From Eledone cirrhosa (taxonomy: Eukaryota): a DNA stretch of 64,000 nt. The notes under the pieces are model-generated. The model ran no database searches, was not told the origin of the DNA, and saw only the letters and a list, made by a program, of their open reading frames with translations. Where the stretch lies: contig OZ024742.1 of NCBI GenBank assembly GCA_964016885.1, positions 369,830,001 to 369,894,000 of the forward strand, written 5' to 3'. The translations under genes and the position numbers were made by a program. Shown in pieces: positions 1 to 13,700 of the stretch. Numbering within the stretch: position 1 is the first letter of the stretch; every line of letters begins with the position of its first letter.

Positions 1-3000
1 CTGTACAACATCTTATTGTCTAGGTTGGCATGGGTTAGACAGATCCAGTCTCACAATAGATAGGTCAAGACATCCACTATACAACATCTTATTGTCTAGG
101 TTGACATGGGTTAGACAGATCCTGTCTCACAATAGACAGGTCAAGACATTCACTGTACAACATCTTATTGTCTATGTTGACATGGGTTAGACAGATCCTG
201 TCTCACAATAGACAGGTCAAGACATCCACTGTACAACATCTTATTGCCTAGGTTGACATGGGTTAGACAGATCCTGTCTCACAATAGACAGGTCAAGACA
301 TCCAACATCTTAGTGTCTAGGTTGACATGGGTTAGACAGATCCTCTCTCACAATAGACAGGTCAAGACATCCACTGTACAACATCTTATTGTCTAGGTTG
401 ACATGGGTTAGACAGATCCAGTCTCACAATAGATAGGTCAAGACATCCACTGTACAACATCTAATTGTCTAGGTTGACATGGGTTAGACAAATCCTGTCT
501 CACAATAGACAGGTCAAGTTATCCACTGTACAACATCTTATTGTCTAGGTTGACATGGGTTAGACAGATCCAGTCTCACAATAGATAGGTCAAGACATCC
601 ACTGTACAACATCTTATTGTCTAGGTTGACATGGGTTAGACAGATCCAGTCTCACAATAGATAGGTCAAGACATCCACTGTACAACATCTAATTGTCTAG
701 GTTGACATGGGGTAGACAGATCCTGTCTCACAATAGACAGGTCAAGTTATCCACTGTACAACATCTTATTGTCTAGGTTGACATGGGTTAGACAGATCCA
801 GTCTCACAATAGATAGGTCAAGACATCCACTGTCCAACATCTTATTGTCTAGGTTGACATGGGTTAGACAGATCCATTCTCACAATAGATAGGTCAAAAC
901 ATCCACTGTACAACATCTTATTGTCTGGGTTGACATGGGTTAGACAGATCCTGTCTCACAATGGACAGGTCAAGACATCCACTGTACAACATCTTATTGT
1001 CTGGGTTGACATGGGTTAGACAGATCCTGTCTCACAATAGACAGGTCAAGACATCCACTGTACAACATCTTATTGTCTAGGTTGACATGGGTTAGACAGA
1101 TCCAGTCTCACAATAGATAGGTCAAGACATCCACTGTACAACATCTTATTGTCTAGGTTGACATGGGTTAGACAGATCCTGTCTCACAATAGACAGGTCA
1201 AGTCATCCAATGTACAACATCTTATTGTCTAGGTTGACATGTGTTAGACAGATCCATTCTCACAATAGATAGGTCAAGACATCCACTGTACAACATCTCA
1301 TTGTCTAGGTTGACATGGGTTAGACAGATCCAGTCTCATAATAGATAGGTCAAGACATCCACTGTACAACATCTTATTGTCTAGGTTGGCATGGGTTAGA
1401 CAGATCCTGTCTCACAATAGACAGGTCAAGACATCCACTGTACAACATCTTATTGTCTATGTTGACATGGGTTAGAGAGATCCTGTCTCACAATAGACAG
1501 GTCAAGGCATCCACTGTACAACATCTTATTGTCTATGTTGACATGGGTTAGACAGATTCTGTCTCACAATAGAGAGGTCAAGACATCCACTGTACAACAT
1601 CTTATTGTCTAGGTTGACATGGGTTAGACAGATCCAGTCTCACAATAGATAGGTCAAGACATCCACTGTACAACATCTTATTGTCTAGGTTGACATGGGT
1701 TAGACAGATCGAGTCTCACAATAGATAGGTCAAGACATCCACTGTACAACATCTTATTGTCTAGGTTGACATGGGTTAGACAGATCGAGTCTCACAATAG
1801 ATAGGTCAAGACATCCACTATACAAAATCTTATTGTCTAGGTTGACATGGGTTAGACAGATCCTGTCTCACAATAGACAGGTCAAGACATACTGTACAAC
1901 ATCTTATTGTCTATGTTGAGATGGGTTAGACAGATCCTGTCTCACAATAGCCAGGTCAAGACATCCACTGTACAACATCTTATTGTCTAGGTTGACATGG
2001 GTTAGACAGATCCTGTCTCACAATAGACAGGTCAAGACATCCACTGTACAACATCTTATTGTCTAGGTTGACATGGGTTAGACAGATCCATTCTCACAAT
2101 AGATAGGTCAAGACATCCACTGTACAACATCTTATTGTCTAGGTTGGCATGGGTTAGACAGATCCAGTCTCACAATAGATAGGTCAAGACATCCACTATA
2201 CAACATCTTATTGTCTAGGTTGACATGGGTTAGACAGATCCTGTCTCACAATAGACAGGTCAAGACATCTACTGTACAACATCTTATTGTCTATGTTGAC
2301 ACGGATAAGACAGTTCCTGTCTCACAATACACAGGTCAAGACATCCACTGTACAACATCTTATTGTCTAGGTTGACATGGGTTAGACAGATCCTGTCTCA
2401 CAATAGACAGGTCAAGACATCCACTGTACAACATCTTATTGTCTATGTTGACATGGGTTAGACAGATCCTGTCTCACAATAGACAGGTCAAGACATCCAC
2501 TGTACAACATCTTATTGTCTAGGTTGACATGGGTTAGACAGATCCTGTCTCACAATAGATAGGTCAAGACATCCACTGTACAACATCTTATTGTCTAGGT
2601 TGACATGGGTTAGACAGATCCTGTCTCACAATAGACAGGTCAAGACATCCACTGTACAACATCTTATTGTCTAGGTTGACATGGGTTAGACAGATCCTGT
2701 CTCACAATAGAGAGGTCAAGACATCCACTGTACAACATCTTATAGTCTAGGTTGACATGGGTTAGACAGATCCTGTCTCACAATAGACAGGTCAAGACAT
2801 CCACTGTACAACATCTTATTGTCTGGGTTGACATGGGTTAGACAGATCCTGTCTCACAATAGACAGGTCAAGACATCCACTGTACAACATATTATTGTCT
2901 AGGTTGACATGGGTTAGACAGATCCAGTCTCACAATAGATAGATCAAGACATCCACTGTACAACATCTTATTGTCTAGGTTGACATGGTTTAGACAGATC

Positions 3001-6000
3001 CTGTCTCACAATAGACAGGTCAAGACATCCACTGTACAACATCTTATTGTCTAGGTTGACATGGGTTAGACAGATCCTGTCTCACAATAGACAGGTCAAG
3101 ACATCCACTGTACAACATCTTATTGTCTAGGTTGACATGGGTTAGACAGAATCCATTCTCACAATAGATAGGTCAAGACATCCACTGTACAACATCTCAT
3201 TGTCTAGGTTGACATGGGTTAGACAGATCCAGTCTCACAATAGATAGGTCAAGACATCCACTGTACAACATCTTATTGTCTAGGTTGGCATGGGTTAGAC
3301 AGATCCAGTCTCACAATAGATAGGTCAAGACATCCACTATACAACATCTTATTGTCTAGGTTGACATGGGTTAGACAGATCCTGTCTCACAATAGACAGG
3401 TCAAGACATCCACTGTACAACATCTTATTGTCTATGTTGACATGGGTTAGACAGATCCTGTCTCACAATAGACAGGTCAAGACATCCACTGTACAACATC
3501 TTATTGCCTAGGTTGACATGGGTTAGACAGATCCTGTCTCACAATAGACAGGTCAAGACATCCAACATCTTAGTGTCTAGGTTGACATGGGTTAGACAGA
3601 TCCTCTCTCACAATAGACAGGTCAAGACATCCACTGTACAACATCTTATTGTCTAGGTTGACATGGGTTAGACAGATCCAGTCTCACAATAGATAGGTCA
3701 AGACATCCACTGTACAACATCTAATTGTCTAGGTTGACATGGGTTAGACAAATCCTGTCTCACAATAGACAGGTCAAGTTATCCACTGTACAACATCTTA
3801 TTGTCTAGGTTGACATGGGTTAGACAGATCCAGTCTCACAATAGATAGGTCAAGACATCCACTGTACAACATCTTATTGTCTAGGTTGACATGGGTTAGA
3901 CAGATCCAGTCTCACAATAGATAGGTCAAGACATCCACTGTACAACATCTAATTGTCTAGGTTGACATGGGGTAGACAGATCCTGTCTCACAATAGACAG
4001 GTCAAGTTATCCATGGTACAACATCTTATTGTCTAGGTTGACATGGGTTAGACAGATCCAGTCTCACAATAGATAGGTCAAGACATCCACTGTCCAACAT
4101 CTTATTGTCTAGGTTGACATGGGTTAGACAGATCCATTCTCACAATAGATAGGTCAAAACATCCACTGTACAACATCTTATTGTCTGGGTTGACATGGGT
4201 TAGACAGATCCTGTCTCACAATGGACAGGTCAAGACATCCACTGTACAACATCTTATTGTCTGGGTTGACATGGGTTAGACAGATCCTGTCTCACAATAG
4301 ACAGGTCAAGACATCCACTGTACAACATCTTATTGTCTAGGTTGACATGGGTTAGACAGATCCAGTCTCACAATAGATAGGTCAAGACATCCACTGTACA
4401 ACATCTTATTGTCTAGGTTGACATGGGTTAGACAGATCCTGTCTCACAATAGACAGGTCAAGTCATCCAATGTACAACATCTTATTGTCTAGGTTGACAT
4501 GGGTTAGACAGATCCATTCTCACAATAGATAGGTCTAGACATCCACTGTACAACATCTCATTGTCTAGGTTGACATGGGTTAGACAGATCCAGTCTCATA
4601 ATAGATAGGTCAAGACATCCACTGTACAACATCTTATTGTCTAGGTTGGCATGGGTTAGACAGATCCTGTCTCACAATAGACAGGTCAAGACATCCACTG
4701 TACAACATCTTATTGTCTATGTTGACATGGGTTAGAGAGATCCTGTCTCACAATAGACAGGTCAAGACATCCACTGTACAACATCTTATTGTCTATGTTG
4801 ACATGGGTTAGACAGATTCTGTCTCACAATAGAGAGGTCAAGACATCCACTGTACAACATCTTATTGTCTAGGTTGACATGGGTTAGACAGATCCAGTCT
4901 CACAATAGATAGGTCAAGACATCCACTGTACAACATCTTATTGTCTAGGTTGACATGGGTTAGACAGATCGAGTCTCACAATAGATAGGTCAAGACATCC
5001 ACTGTACAACATCTTATTGTCTAGGTTGACATGGGTTAGAGAGATCGAGTCTCACAATAGATAGGTCAAGACATCCACTATACAAAATCTTATTGTCTAG
5101 GTTGACATGGGTTAGACAGACCCTGTCTCACAATAGACAGGTCAAGACATACTGTACAACATCTTATTGTCTATGTTGAGATGGGTTAGACAGATCCTGT
5201 CTCACAATAGCCAGGTCAAGACATCCACTGTACAACATCTTATTGTCTAGGTTGACATGGGTTAGACAGATCCTGTCTCACAATAGACAGGTCAAGACAT
5301 CCACTGTACAACATCTTATTGTCTAGGTTGACATGGGTTAGACAGATCCATTCTCACAATAGATAGGTCAAGACATCCACTGTACAACATCTTATTGTCT
5401 AGGTTGGCATGGGTTAGACAGATCCAGTCTCACAATAGATAGGTCAAGACATCCACTATACAACATCTTATTGTCTAGGTTGACATGGGTTAGACAGATC
5501 CTGTCTCACAATAGACAGGTCAAGACATCTACTGTACAACATCTTATTGTCTATGTTAACACGGATAAGACAGTTCCTGTCTCACAATACACAGGTCAAG
5601 ACATCCACTGTACAACATCTTATTGTCTAGGTTGACATGGGTTAGACAGATCCTGTCTCACAATAGACAGGTCAAGACATCCACTGTACAACATCTTATT
5701 GTCTATGTTGACATGGGTTAGACAGATCCTGTCTCACAATAGACAGGTCAAGACATCCACTGTACAACATCTTATTGTCTAGGTTGACATGGGTTAGACA
5801 GATCCTGTCTCACAATAGATAGGTCAAGACATCCACTGTACAACATCTTATTGTCTAGGTTGACATGGGTTAGACAGATCCTGTCTCACAATAGACAGGT
5901 CAAGACATCCACTGTACAACATCTTATTGTCTAGGTTGACATGGGTTAGACAGATCCTGTCTCACAATAGACAGGTCAAGACATTCACTGTACAACATCT

Positions 6001-7400
6001 TATTGTCTAGGTTGACATGGGTTAGACAGATCCTGTCTCACAATAGACAGGTCAAGACATCCACTGTACAACATCTTATTGTCTAAGTTGGCATGGGTTA
6101 GACAGATCCTGACTCACAATAGATAGGTCAAGACATCCACTGTACAACATCTTATTGTCTAAGTTGACATTGGTTAGACAGACCTTGTCTCACAATAGAC
6201 AGGTCAAGACATCCACTGTACAACATCTTATTGTCTGGGTTGACATGGGTTAGACAGATCCTGTCTCACAATGGACAGGTCAAGACATCCACTGTACAAC
6301 ATCTTATTGTCTGGGTTGACATGGGTTAGACAGATCCTGTCTCACAATAGACAGGTCAAGACATCCACTGTACAACATATTATTGTCTAGGTTGACATGG
6401 GTTAGACAGATCCAGTCTCACAATAGATAGGTCAAGACATCCACTGTACAACATCTTATTGTCTAGGTTGACATGGTTTAGACAGATCCTGTCTCACAAT
6501 AGACAGGTCAAGACATCCACTGTACAACATCTTATTGTCTAGGTTGACATGGGTTAGACAGATCCTGTCTCACAATAGACAGGTCAAGACATCCACTGTA
6601 CAACATCTTATTGTCTAGGTTGACATGGGTTAGACAGAATCCATTCTCACAATAGATAGGTCAAGACATCCACTGTACAACATCTCATTGTCTAGGTTGA
6701 CATTGGTTAGACAGATCCAGTCTCACAATAGATAGGTCAAGACATCCACTGTACAACATCTTATTGTCTAGGTTGGCATGGGTTAGACAGATCCAGTCTC
6801 ACAATAGATAGGTCAAGACATCCACTATACAACATCTTATTGTCTAGGTTGACATGGGTTAGACAGATCCTGTCTCACAATAGACAGGTCAAGACATCCA
6901 CTGTACAACATCTTATTGTCTATGTTGACATGGGTTAGACAGATCCTGTCTCACAATAGACAGGTCAAGACATCCACTGTACAACATCTTATTGTCTAGG
7001 TTGACATGGGTTAGACAGATCCTGTCTCACAATAGACAGGTCAAGACATCCAACATCTTATTGTCTAGGTTGACATGGGTTAGACAGATCCTCTCTCACA
7101 ATAAACAGGTCAAGACATCCACTGTACAACATCTTATTGTCCAGGTTGACATGGGTTAGACAGATCCAGTCTCACAATAGATAGGTCAAGACATCCACTG
7201 TACAACATCTAATTGTCTAGGTTGACATGGGTTAGACAGATCCTGTCTCACAATAGACAGGTCAAGTTATCCACTGTACAACATCTTATTGTCTAGGTTG
7301 ACATGGGTTAGACAGATCCAGTCTCACAATAGATAGGTCAAGACATCCACTGTACAACATCTTATTGTCTAGGTTGACATGGGTTAGACAGATCCAGTCT
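1..7400 (+). repeat. Higher-order duplication of 43 monomers (3260 bp), with a partial third copy at offset 3488 bp
   Basis: Private markers recur at +3260: 7-bp deletion TCCAACATC 301/3561, GACATACTG about 1886/5146, ACGGATAAGA 2301/5561. 43x76-7-2+1=3260. The AGAATCC insertion (about 3150/6638) and the 7-bp deletion (3561/7049) recur at +3488, three monomers more. Confidence 0.9.
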
Positions 7401-7789
7401 CACAATAGATAGGTCAAGACATCCACTGTCCAACATCTTATTGTCTAGGTTGACATGGGTTAGACAGATCCATTCTCACAATAGATAGGTCAAAACATCC
7501 ACTGTACAACATCTTATTGTCTAGGTTGGCATGGGTTAGACAGATCCAGTCTCACAATAGATAGGTCAAGACATCCACTATACAACATCTTATTGTCTAG
7601 GTTGACATGGGTTAGACAGATCCTGTCTCACAATAGACAGGTCAAGACATCTACTGTACAACATCTTATTGTCTATGTTGACATGGGTTAGACAGATCCT
7701 GTCTCACAATAGACAGGTCAAGACATCCACTGTACAACATCTTATTGTCTATGTTGACACGGGTTAGACAGATCCTGTCTCACAATACA

Positions 7790-10700
7790 CAGGTCAAGAC
7801 ATCCACTGTACAACATCTTATTGTCTAGGTTGACATGGGTTAGACAGATCCTGTCTCACGATAGACAGGTCAAGACATCCACTGTACAACATCTTATTGT
7901 CTGGGTTGACATGGGTTAGACAGATCCTGTCTCACAATAGACAGGTCAAGACATCCACTGTACATCTTATTGTCTATGTTGACATGGGTTAGACAGATCC
8001 TGTCTCACAATAGACATGTCAAGACATCCACTGTGCAACATCTCATAGTCTAGGTTGACATGGGTTAGACAGATCCTGTCTCATAATAGACAGGTCAAGA
8101 CATCCACTGTATAACTTCTTATTGTCTAAGTTGGCATGGGTTAGACAGATCCTGTCTCACAATAGACAGGTCAAGACATCCACTGTACAACATCTTATTG
8201 TCTAGGTTGACATGGGTTAGACAGATCCTGTCTCACAATAGACAGGTCAAGACATCCACTGTACAACATCTTATTGTCTAGGTTGACATGGGTTAGACAG
8301 ATCCAGTCTCACAATAGATAGGTCAAGACATCCACTGTACAACATCTTATTGTCTAGGTTGACATGGGTTAGACAGATCCTGTCTCACAATAGACTGGTC
8401 AAGTCATCCACTGTACAACATCTTATTGTCTAGGTTGCCATGGGTTAGACAGATCCAGTCTCACAATAGATAGGTCAAGACATCCACTGTACAACATCTT
8501 ATTGTCTAGGTTGACATGAGTTAGACAGATCCTGTCTCACAATAGATAGGTCAAGACATCCACTGTACAACATCTTATTGTCTAGGTTGGCATGGGTTAG
8601 ACAGATACAGTCTCACAATAAATAGGTCAAGACATCCACTATACAACATCTTATTGTCTAGGTTGACATGGGTTAGACAGATCCTGTCTCACAATAGACA
8701 GGTCAAGACATCCACTGTACAACATCTTATTGTCTATGTTGACATGGGTTAGACAGATCCTGTCTCACAATAGACAGGTCAAGACATCCACTGTACAACA
8801 TCTTATTGTCTAGGTTGACATGGGTTAGACAGATCCTGTCTCACAATAGACAGGTCAAGACATCCACTGTACAACGTCTTATTGTCTATGTTGACCTGGG
8901 TTAGACAGATCCTGTCTCACAATAGACAGGTCAAGACATCCACTGTACAACATCTTATTGTCTAGGTTGACATGGGTTAGACAGATCCTGTCTCACAATA
9001 GACAGGTGAAGACATCCACTGTACAACATCTTATTGTCTAGGTTGGCATGGGTTAGACAGATACAGTCTCACAATAGATAGGTCAAGACATCCACTATAC
9101 AACATCTTATTGTCTAGGTTGACATGGGTTAGACAGATCCTGTCTCACAATAGACAGGTCAAGACATCCACTGTACAACATCTTATTGTCTATGTTGACA
9201 TGGGTTAGACAGATCCTGTCTCACAATAGACAGGTCAAGACATCCACTGTACAACATCTTATTGTCTAGGTTCACATGGGTTAGACAGATCCTGTCTCAC
9301 AATAGACAGGTCAAGACATCCACTGTACAACGTCTTATTGTCTATGTTGACCTGGGTTAGACAGATCCTGTCTCACAATAGACAGATCAAGACATCCACT
9401 GTCCAACATCTTATTGTCTAGGTTGACATGGGTTAGACAGATCCTGTCTCACAATAGACAGGTGAAGACATCCACTGTACAACATCTTATTGTCTAGGTT
9501 GACATGGGTTAGACAGATCCAGTCTCACAATAGATAGGTCAAGACATCCACTATACAACATCTTATTGTCTAGGTTGACATGGGTTAGACAGATCCTGTC
9601 TCACAATAGACAGGTCAAGACATCCACTGTACAACATCTTATTGTCTATGTTGACATGGGTTAGACAGATCCTGTCTCACAATAGACAGGTCAAGACATC
9701 CACTGTACAACATCTTATTGTCTATGTTGACATGGGTTAGACAGATCCTGTCTCACAATAGACAGGTCAAGACATCCACTGTACAACGTCTTATTGTCTA
9801 TGTTGACCTGGGTTAGACAGATCCTGTCTCAAAATAGACAGGTCAAAACATCCACTGTACAACATCTGATTGTCTAGGTTGCCATGGGTTAGACAGATCC
9901 AGTCTCACAATAGATAGGTCAAGACATCCACTGTACAACATCTTATTGTCTAGGTTGACATGAGTTAGACAGATCCTGTCTCACAATAGATAGGTCAAGA
10001 CATCCACTGTACAACATCTTATTGTCTAGGTTGGCATGGGTTAGACAGATACAGTCTCACAATAAATAGGTCAAGACATCCACTATACAACATCTTATTG
10101 TCTAGGTTGACATGGGTTAGACAGATCCTGTCTCACAATAGACAGGTCAAGACATCCACTGTACAACATCTTATTGTCTATGTTGACATGGGTTAGACAG
10201 ATCCTGTCTCACAATAGACAGGTCAAGACATCCACTGTACAACATCTTATTGTCTAGGTTGACATGGGTTAGACAGATCCTGTCTCACAATAGACAGGTC
10301 AAGACATCCACTGTACAACGTCTTATTGTCTATGTTGACCTGGGTTAGACAGATCCTGTCTCACAATAGACAGGTCAAGACATCCACTGTACAACATCTT
10401 ATTGTCTAGGTTGACATGGGTTAGACAGATCCTGTCTCACAATAGACAGGTGAAGACATCCACTGTACAACATCTTATTGTCTAGGTTGGCATGGGTTAG
10501 ACAGATACAGTCTCACAATAGATAGGTCAAGACATCCACTATACAACATCTTATTGTCTAGGTTGACATGGGTTAGACAGATCCTGTCTCACAATAGACA
10601 GGTCAAGACATCCACTGTACAACATCTTATTGTCTATGTTGACATGGGTTAGACAGATCCTGTCTCACAATAGACAGGTCAAGACATCCACTGTACAACA

Positions 10701-13700
10701 TCTTATTGTCTAGGTTCACATGGGTTAGACAGATCCTGTCTCACAATAGACAGGTCAAGACATCCACTGTACAACGTCTTATTGTCTATGTTGACCTGGG
10801 TGAGACAGATCCTGTCTCACAATAGACAGATCAAGACATCCACTGTCCAACATCTTATTGTCTAGGTTGACATGGGTTAGACAGATCCTGTCTCACAATA
10901 GACAGGTGAAGACATCCACTGTACAACATCTTATTGTCTAGGTTGGCATGGGTTAGGCAGATACAGTCTCACAATAGATAGGTCAAGACATCCACTATAC
11001 AACATCTTATTGTCTAGGTTGACATGGGTTAGACAGATCCTGTCTCACAATAGACAGGTCAAGACATCCACTGTACAACATCTTATTGTCTATGTTGACA
11101 TGGGTTAGACAGATCCTGTCTCACAATAGACAGGTCAAGACATCCACTGTACAACATCTTATTGTCTATGTTGACATGGGTTAGACAGATCCTGTCTCAC
11201 AATAGACAGGTCAAGACATCCACTGTACAACGTCTTATTGTCTATGTTGACCTGGGTTAGACAGATCCTGTCTCAAAATAGACAGGTCAAAACATCCACT
11301 GTACAACATCTGATTGTCTAGGTTGCCATGGGTTAGACAGATCCAGTCTCACAATAGATAGGTCAAGACATCCACTGTACAACATCTTATTGTCTAGGTT
11401 GACATGAGTTAGACAGATCCTGTCTCACAATAGATAGGTCAAGACATCCACTGTACAACATCTTATTGTCTAGGTTGGCATGGGTTAGACAGATACAGTC
11501 TCACAATAAATAGGTCAAGACATCCACTATACAACATCTTATTGTCTAGGTTGACATGGGTTAGACAGATCCTGTCTCACAATAGACAGGTCAAGACATC
11601 CACTGTACAACATCTTATTGTCTATGTTGACATGGGTTAGACAGATCCTGTCTCACAATAGACAGGTCAAGACATCCACTGTACAACATCTTATTGTCTA
11701 GGTTGACATGGGTTAGACAGATCCTGTCTCACAATAGACAGGTCAAGACATCCACTGTACAACGTCTTATTGTCTATGTTGACCTGGGTTAGACAGATCC
11801 TGTCTCACAATAGACAGGTCAAGACATCCACTGTACAACATCTTATTGTCTAGGTTGGCATGGGTTAGACAGATACAGTCTCACAATAGATAGGTCAAGA
11901 CATCCACTATACAACATCTTATTGTCTAGGTTGACATGGGTTAGACAGATCCTGTCTCACAATAGACAGGTCAAGACATCCACTGTACAACGTCTTATTG
12001 TCTATGTTGACCTGGGTGAGACAGATCCTGTCTCACAATAGACAGATCAAGACATCCACTGTCCAACATCTTATTGTCTAGGTTGACATGGGTTAGACAG
12101 ATCCTGTCTCACAATAGACAGGTGAAGACATCCACTGTACAACATCTTATTGTCTAGGTTGGCATGGGTTAGACAGATACAGTCTCACAATAGATAGGTC
12201 AAGACATCCACTATACAACATCTTATTGTCTAGGTTGACATGGGTTAGACAGATCCTGTCTCACAATAGACAGGTCAAGACATCCACTGTACAACATCTT
12301 ATTGTCTATGTTGACATGGGTTAGACAGATCCTGTCTCACAATAGACAGGTCAAGACATCCACTGTACAACATCTTATTGTCTATGTTGACATGGGTTAG
12401 ACAGATCCTGTCTCACAATAGACAGGTCAAGACATCCACTGTACAACGTCTTATTGTCTATGTTGACCTGGGTTAGACAGATCCTGTCTCACAATAGACA
12501 GATCAAGACATCCACTGTCCAACATCTTATTGTCTAGGTTGACATGGGTTAGACAGATCCTGTCTCACAATAGACAGGTGAAGACATCCACTGTACAACA
12601 TCTTATTGTCTAGGTTGGCATGGGTTAGACAGATACAGTCTCACAATAGATAGGTCAAGACATCCACTATACAACATCTTATTGTCTAGGTTGACATGGG
12701 TTAGACAGATCCTGTCTCACAATAGACAGGTCAAGACATCCACTGTACAACATCTTATTGTCTATGTTGACATGGGTTAGACAGATCCTGTCTCACAATA
12801 GACAGGTCAAGACATCCACTGTACAACGTCTTATTGTCTATGTTGACCTGGGTTAGACAGATCCTGTCTCACAATAGACAGGTCAAAACATCCACTGTAC
12901 AACATCTGATTGTCTAGGTTGCCATGGGTTAGACAGATCCAGTCTCACAATAGATAGGTCAAGACATCCACTGTACAACATCTTATTGTCTAGGTTGACA
13001 TGAGTTAGACAGATCCTGTCTCACAATAGATAGGTCAAGACATCCACTGTACAACATCTTATTGTCTAGGTTGGCATGGGTTAGACAGATACAGTCTCAC
13101 AATAAATAGGTCAAGACATCCACTATACAACATCTTATTGTCTAGGTTGACATGGGTTAGACAGATCCTGTCTCACAATAGACAGGTCAAGACATCCACT
13201 GTACAACATCTTATTGTCTATGTTGACATGGGTTAGACAGATCCTGTCTCACAATAGACAGGTCAAGACATCCACTGTACAACATCTTATTGTCTAGGTT
13301 GACATGGGTTAGACAGATCCTGTCTCACAATAGACAGGTCAAGACATCCACTGTACAACGTCTTATTGTCTATGTTGACCTGGGTTAGACAGATCCTGTC
13401 TCACAATAGACAGGTCAAGACATCCACTGTACAACATCTTATTGTCTAGGTTGACATGGGTTAGACAGATCCTGTCTCACAATAGACAGGTGAAGACATC
13501 CACTGTACAACATCTTATTGTCTAGGTTGACATGGGTTAGACAGATCCTGTCTCACAATAGACAGGTCAAGACATCCACTGTACAACATCTTATTGTCTA
13601 TGTTGACATGGGTTAGACAGATCCTGTCTCACAATAGACAGGTCAAGACATCCACTGTACAACATCTTATTGTCTAGGTTCACATGGGTTAGACAGATCC

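Noticed and set aside
45-64. Compensatory covariation of T47A and C61T supporting a conserved hairpin or terminator
   Set aside because: The two positions are not pairing partners and the changes weaken the stem. There is no poly-T tail. Linkage is explained by shared ancestry.
108-114. Telomeric repeat or G-quadruplex (GGGTTAG)
   Set aside because: There is only one telomere-like unit and one GGG run per 76 bp. This is too little for a telomere tract or canonical G4, and only a weak hint of subtelomeric origin.
101-135. Sigma70 promoter (TTGACA)
   Set aside because: There is no -10 element at 16-18 bp spacing and no gene downstream. It is a chance hexamer in a repeat.
77-152. tRNA-like unit (76 nt ending in CCA)
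   Set aside because: The phase is set arbitrarily by the window start. Bases 1-7 do not pair with 66-72, and there is no GTTCRA T-loop or cloverleaf on either strand.
77-152. Hammerhead ribozyme as found in some animal satellites
   Set aside because: The core motifs CTGANGA and GAAA are absent from the consensus on both strands.
77-152. CpG absence as evidence of methylation-driven decay
   Set aside because: GpC is also absent from the consensus, and a single 76-bp unit is too small a sample.
519-527. DnaA-box-like TTATCCACT or iteron origin
   Set aside because: It is an 8/9 match in a rare variant only. There is no rep gene or AT-rich unwinding region, and the array is far larger than iteron clusters.
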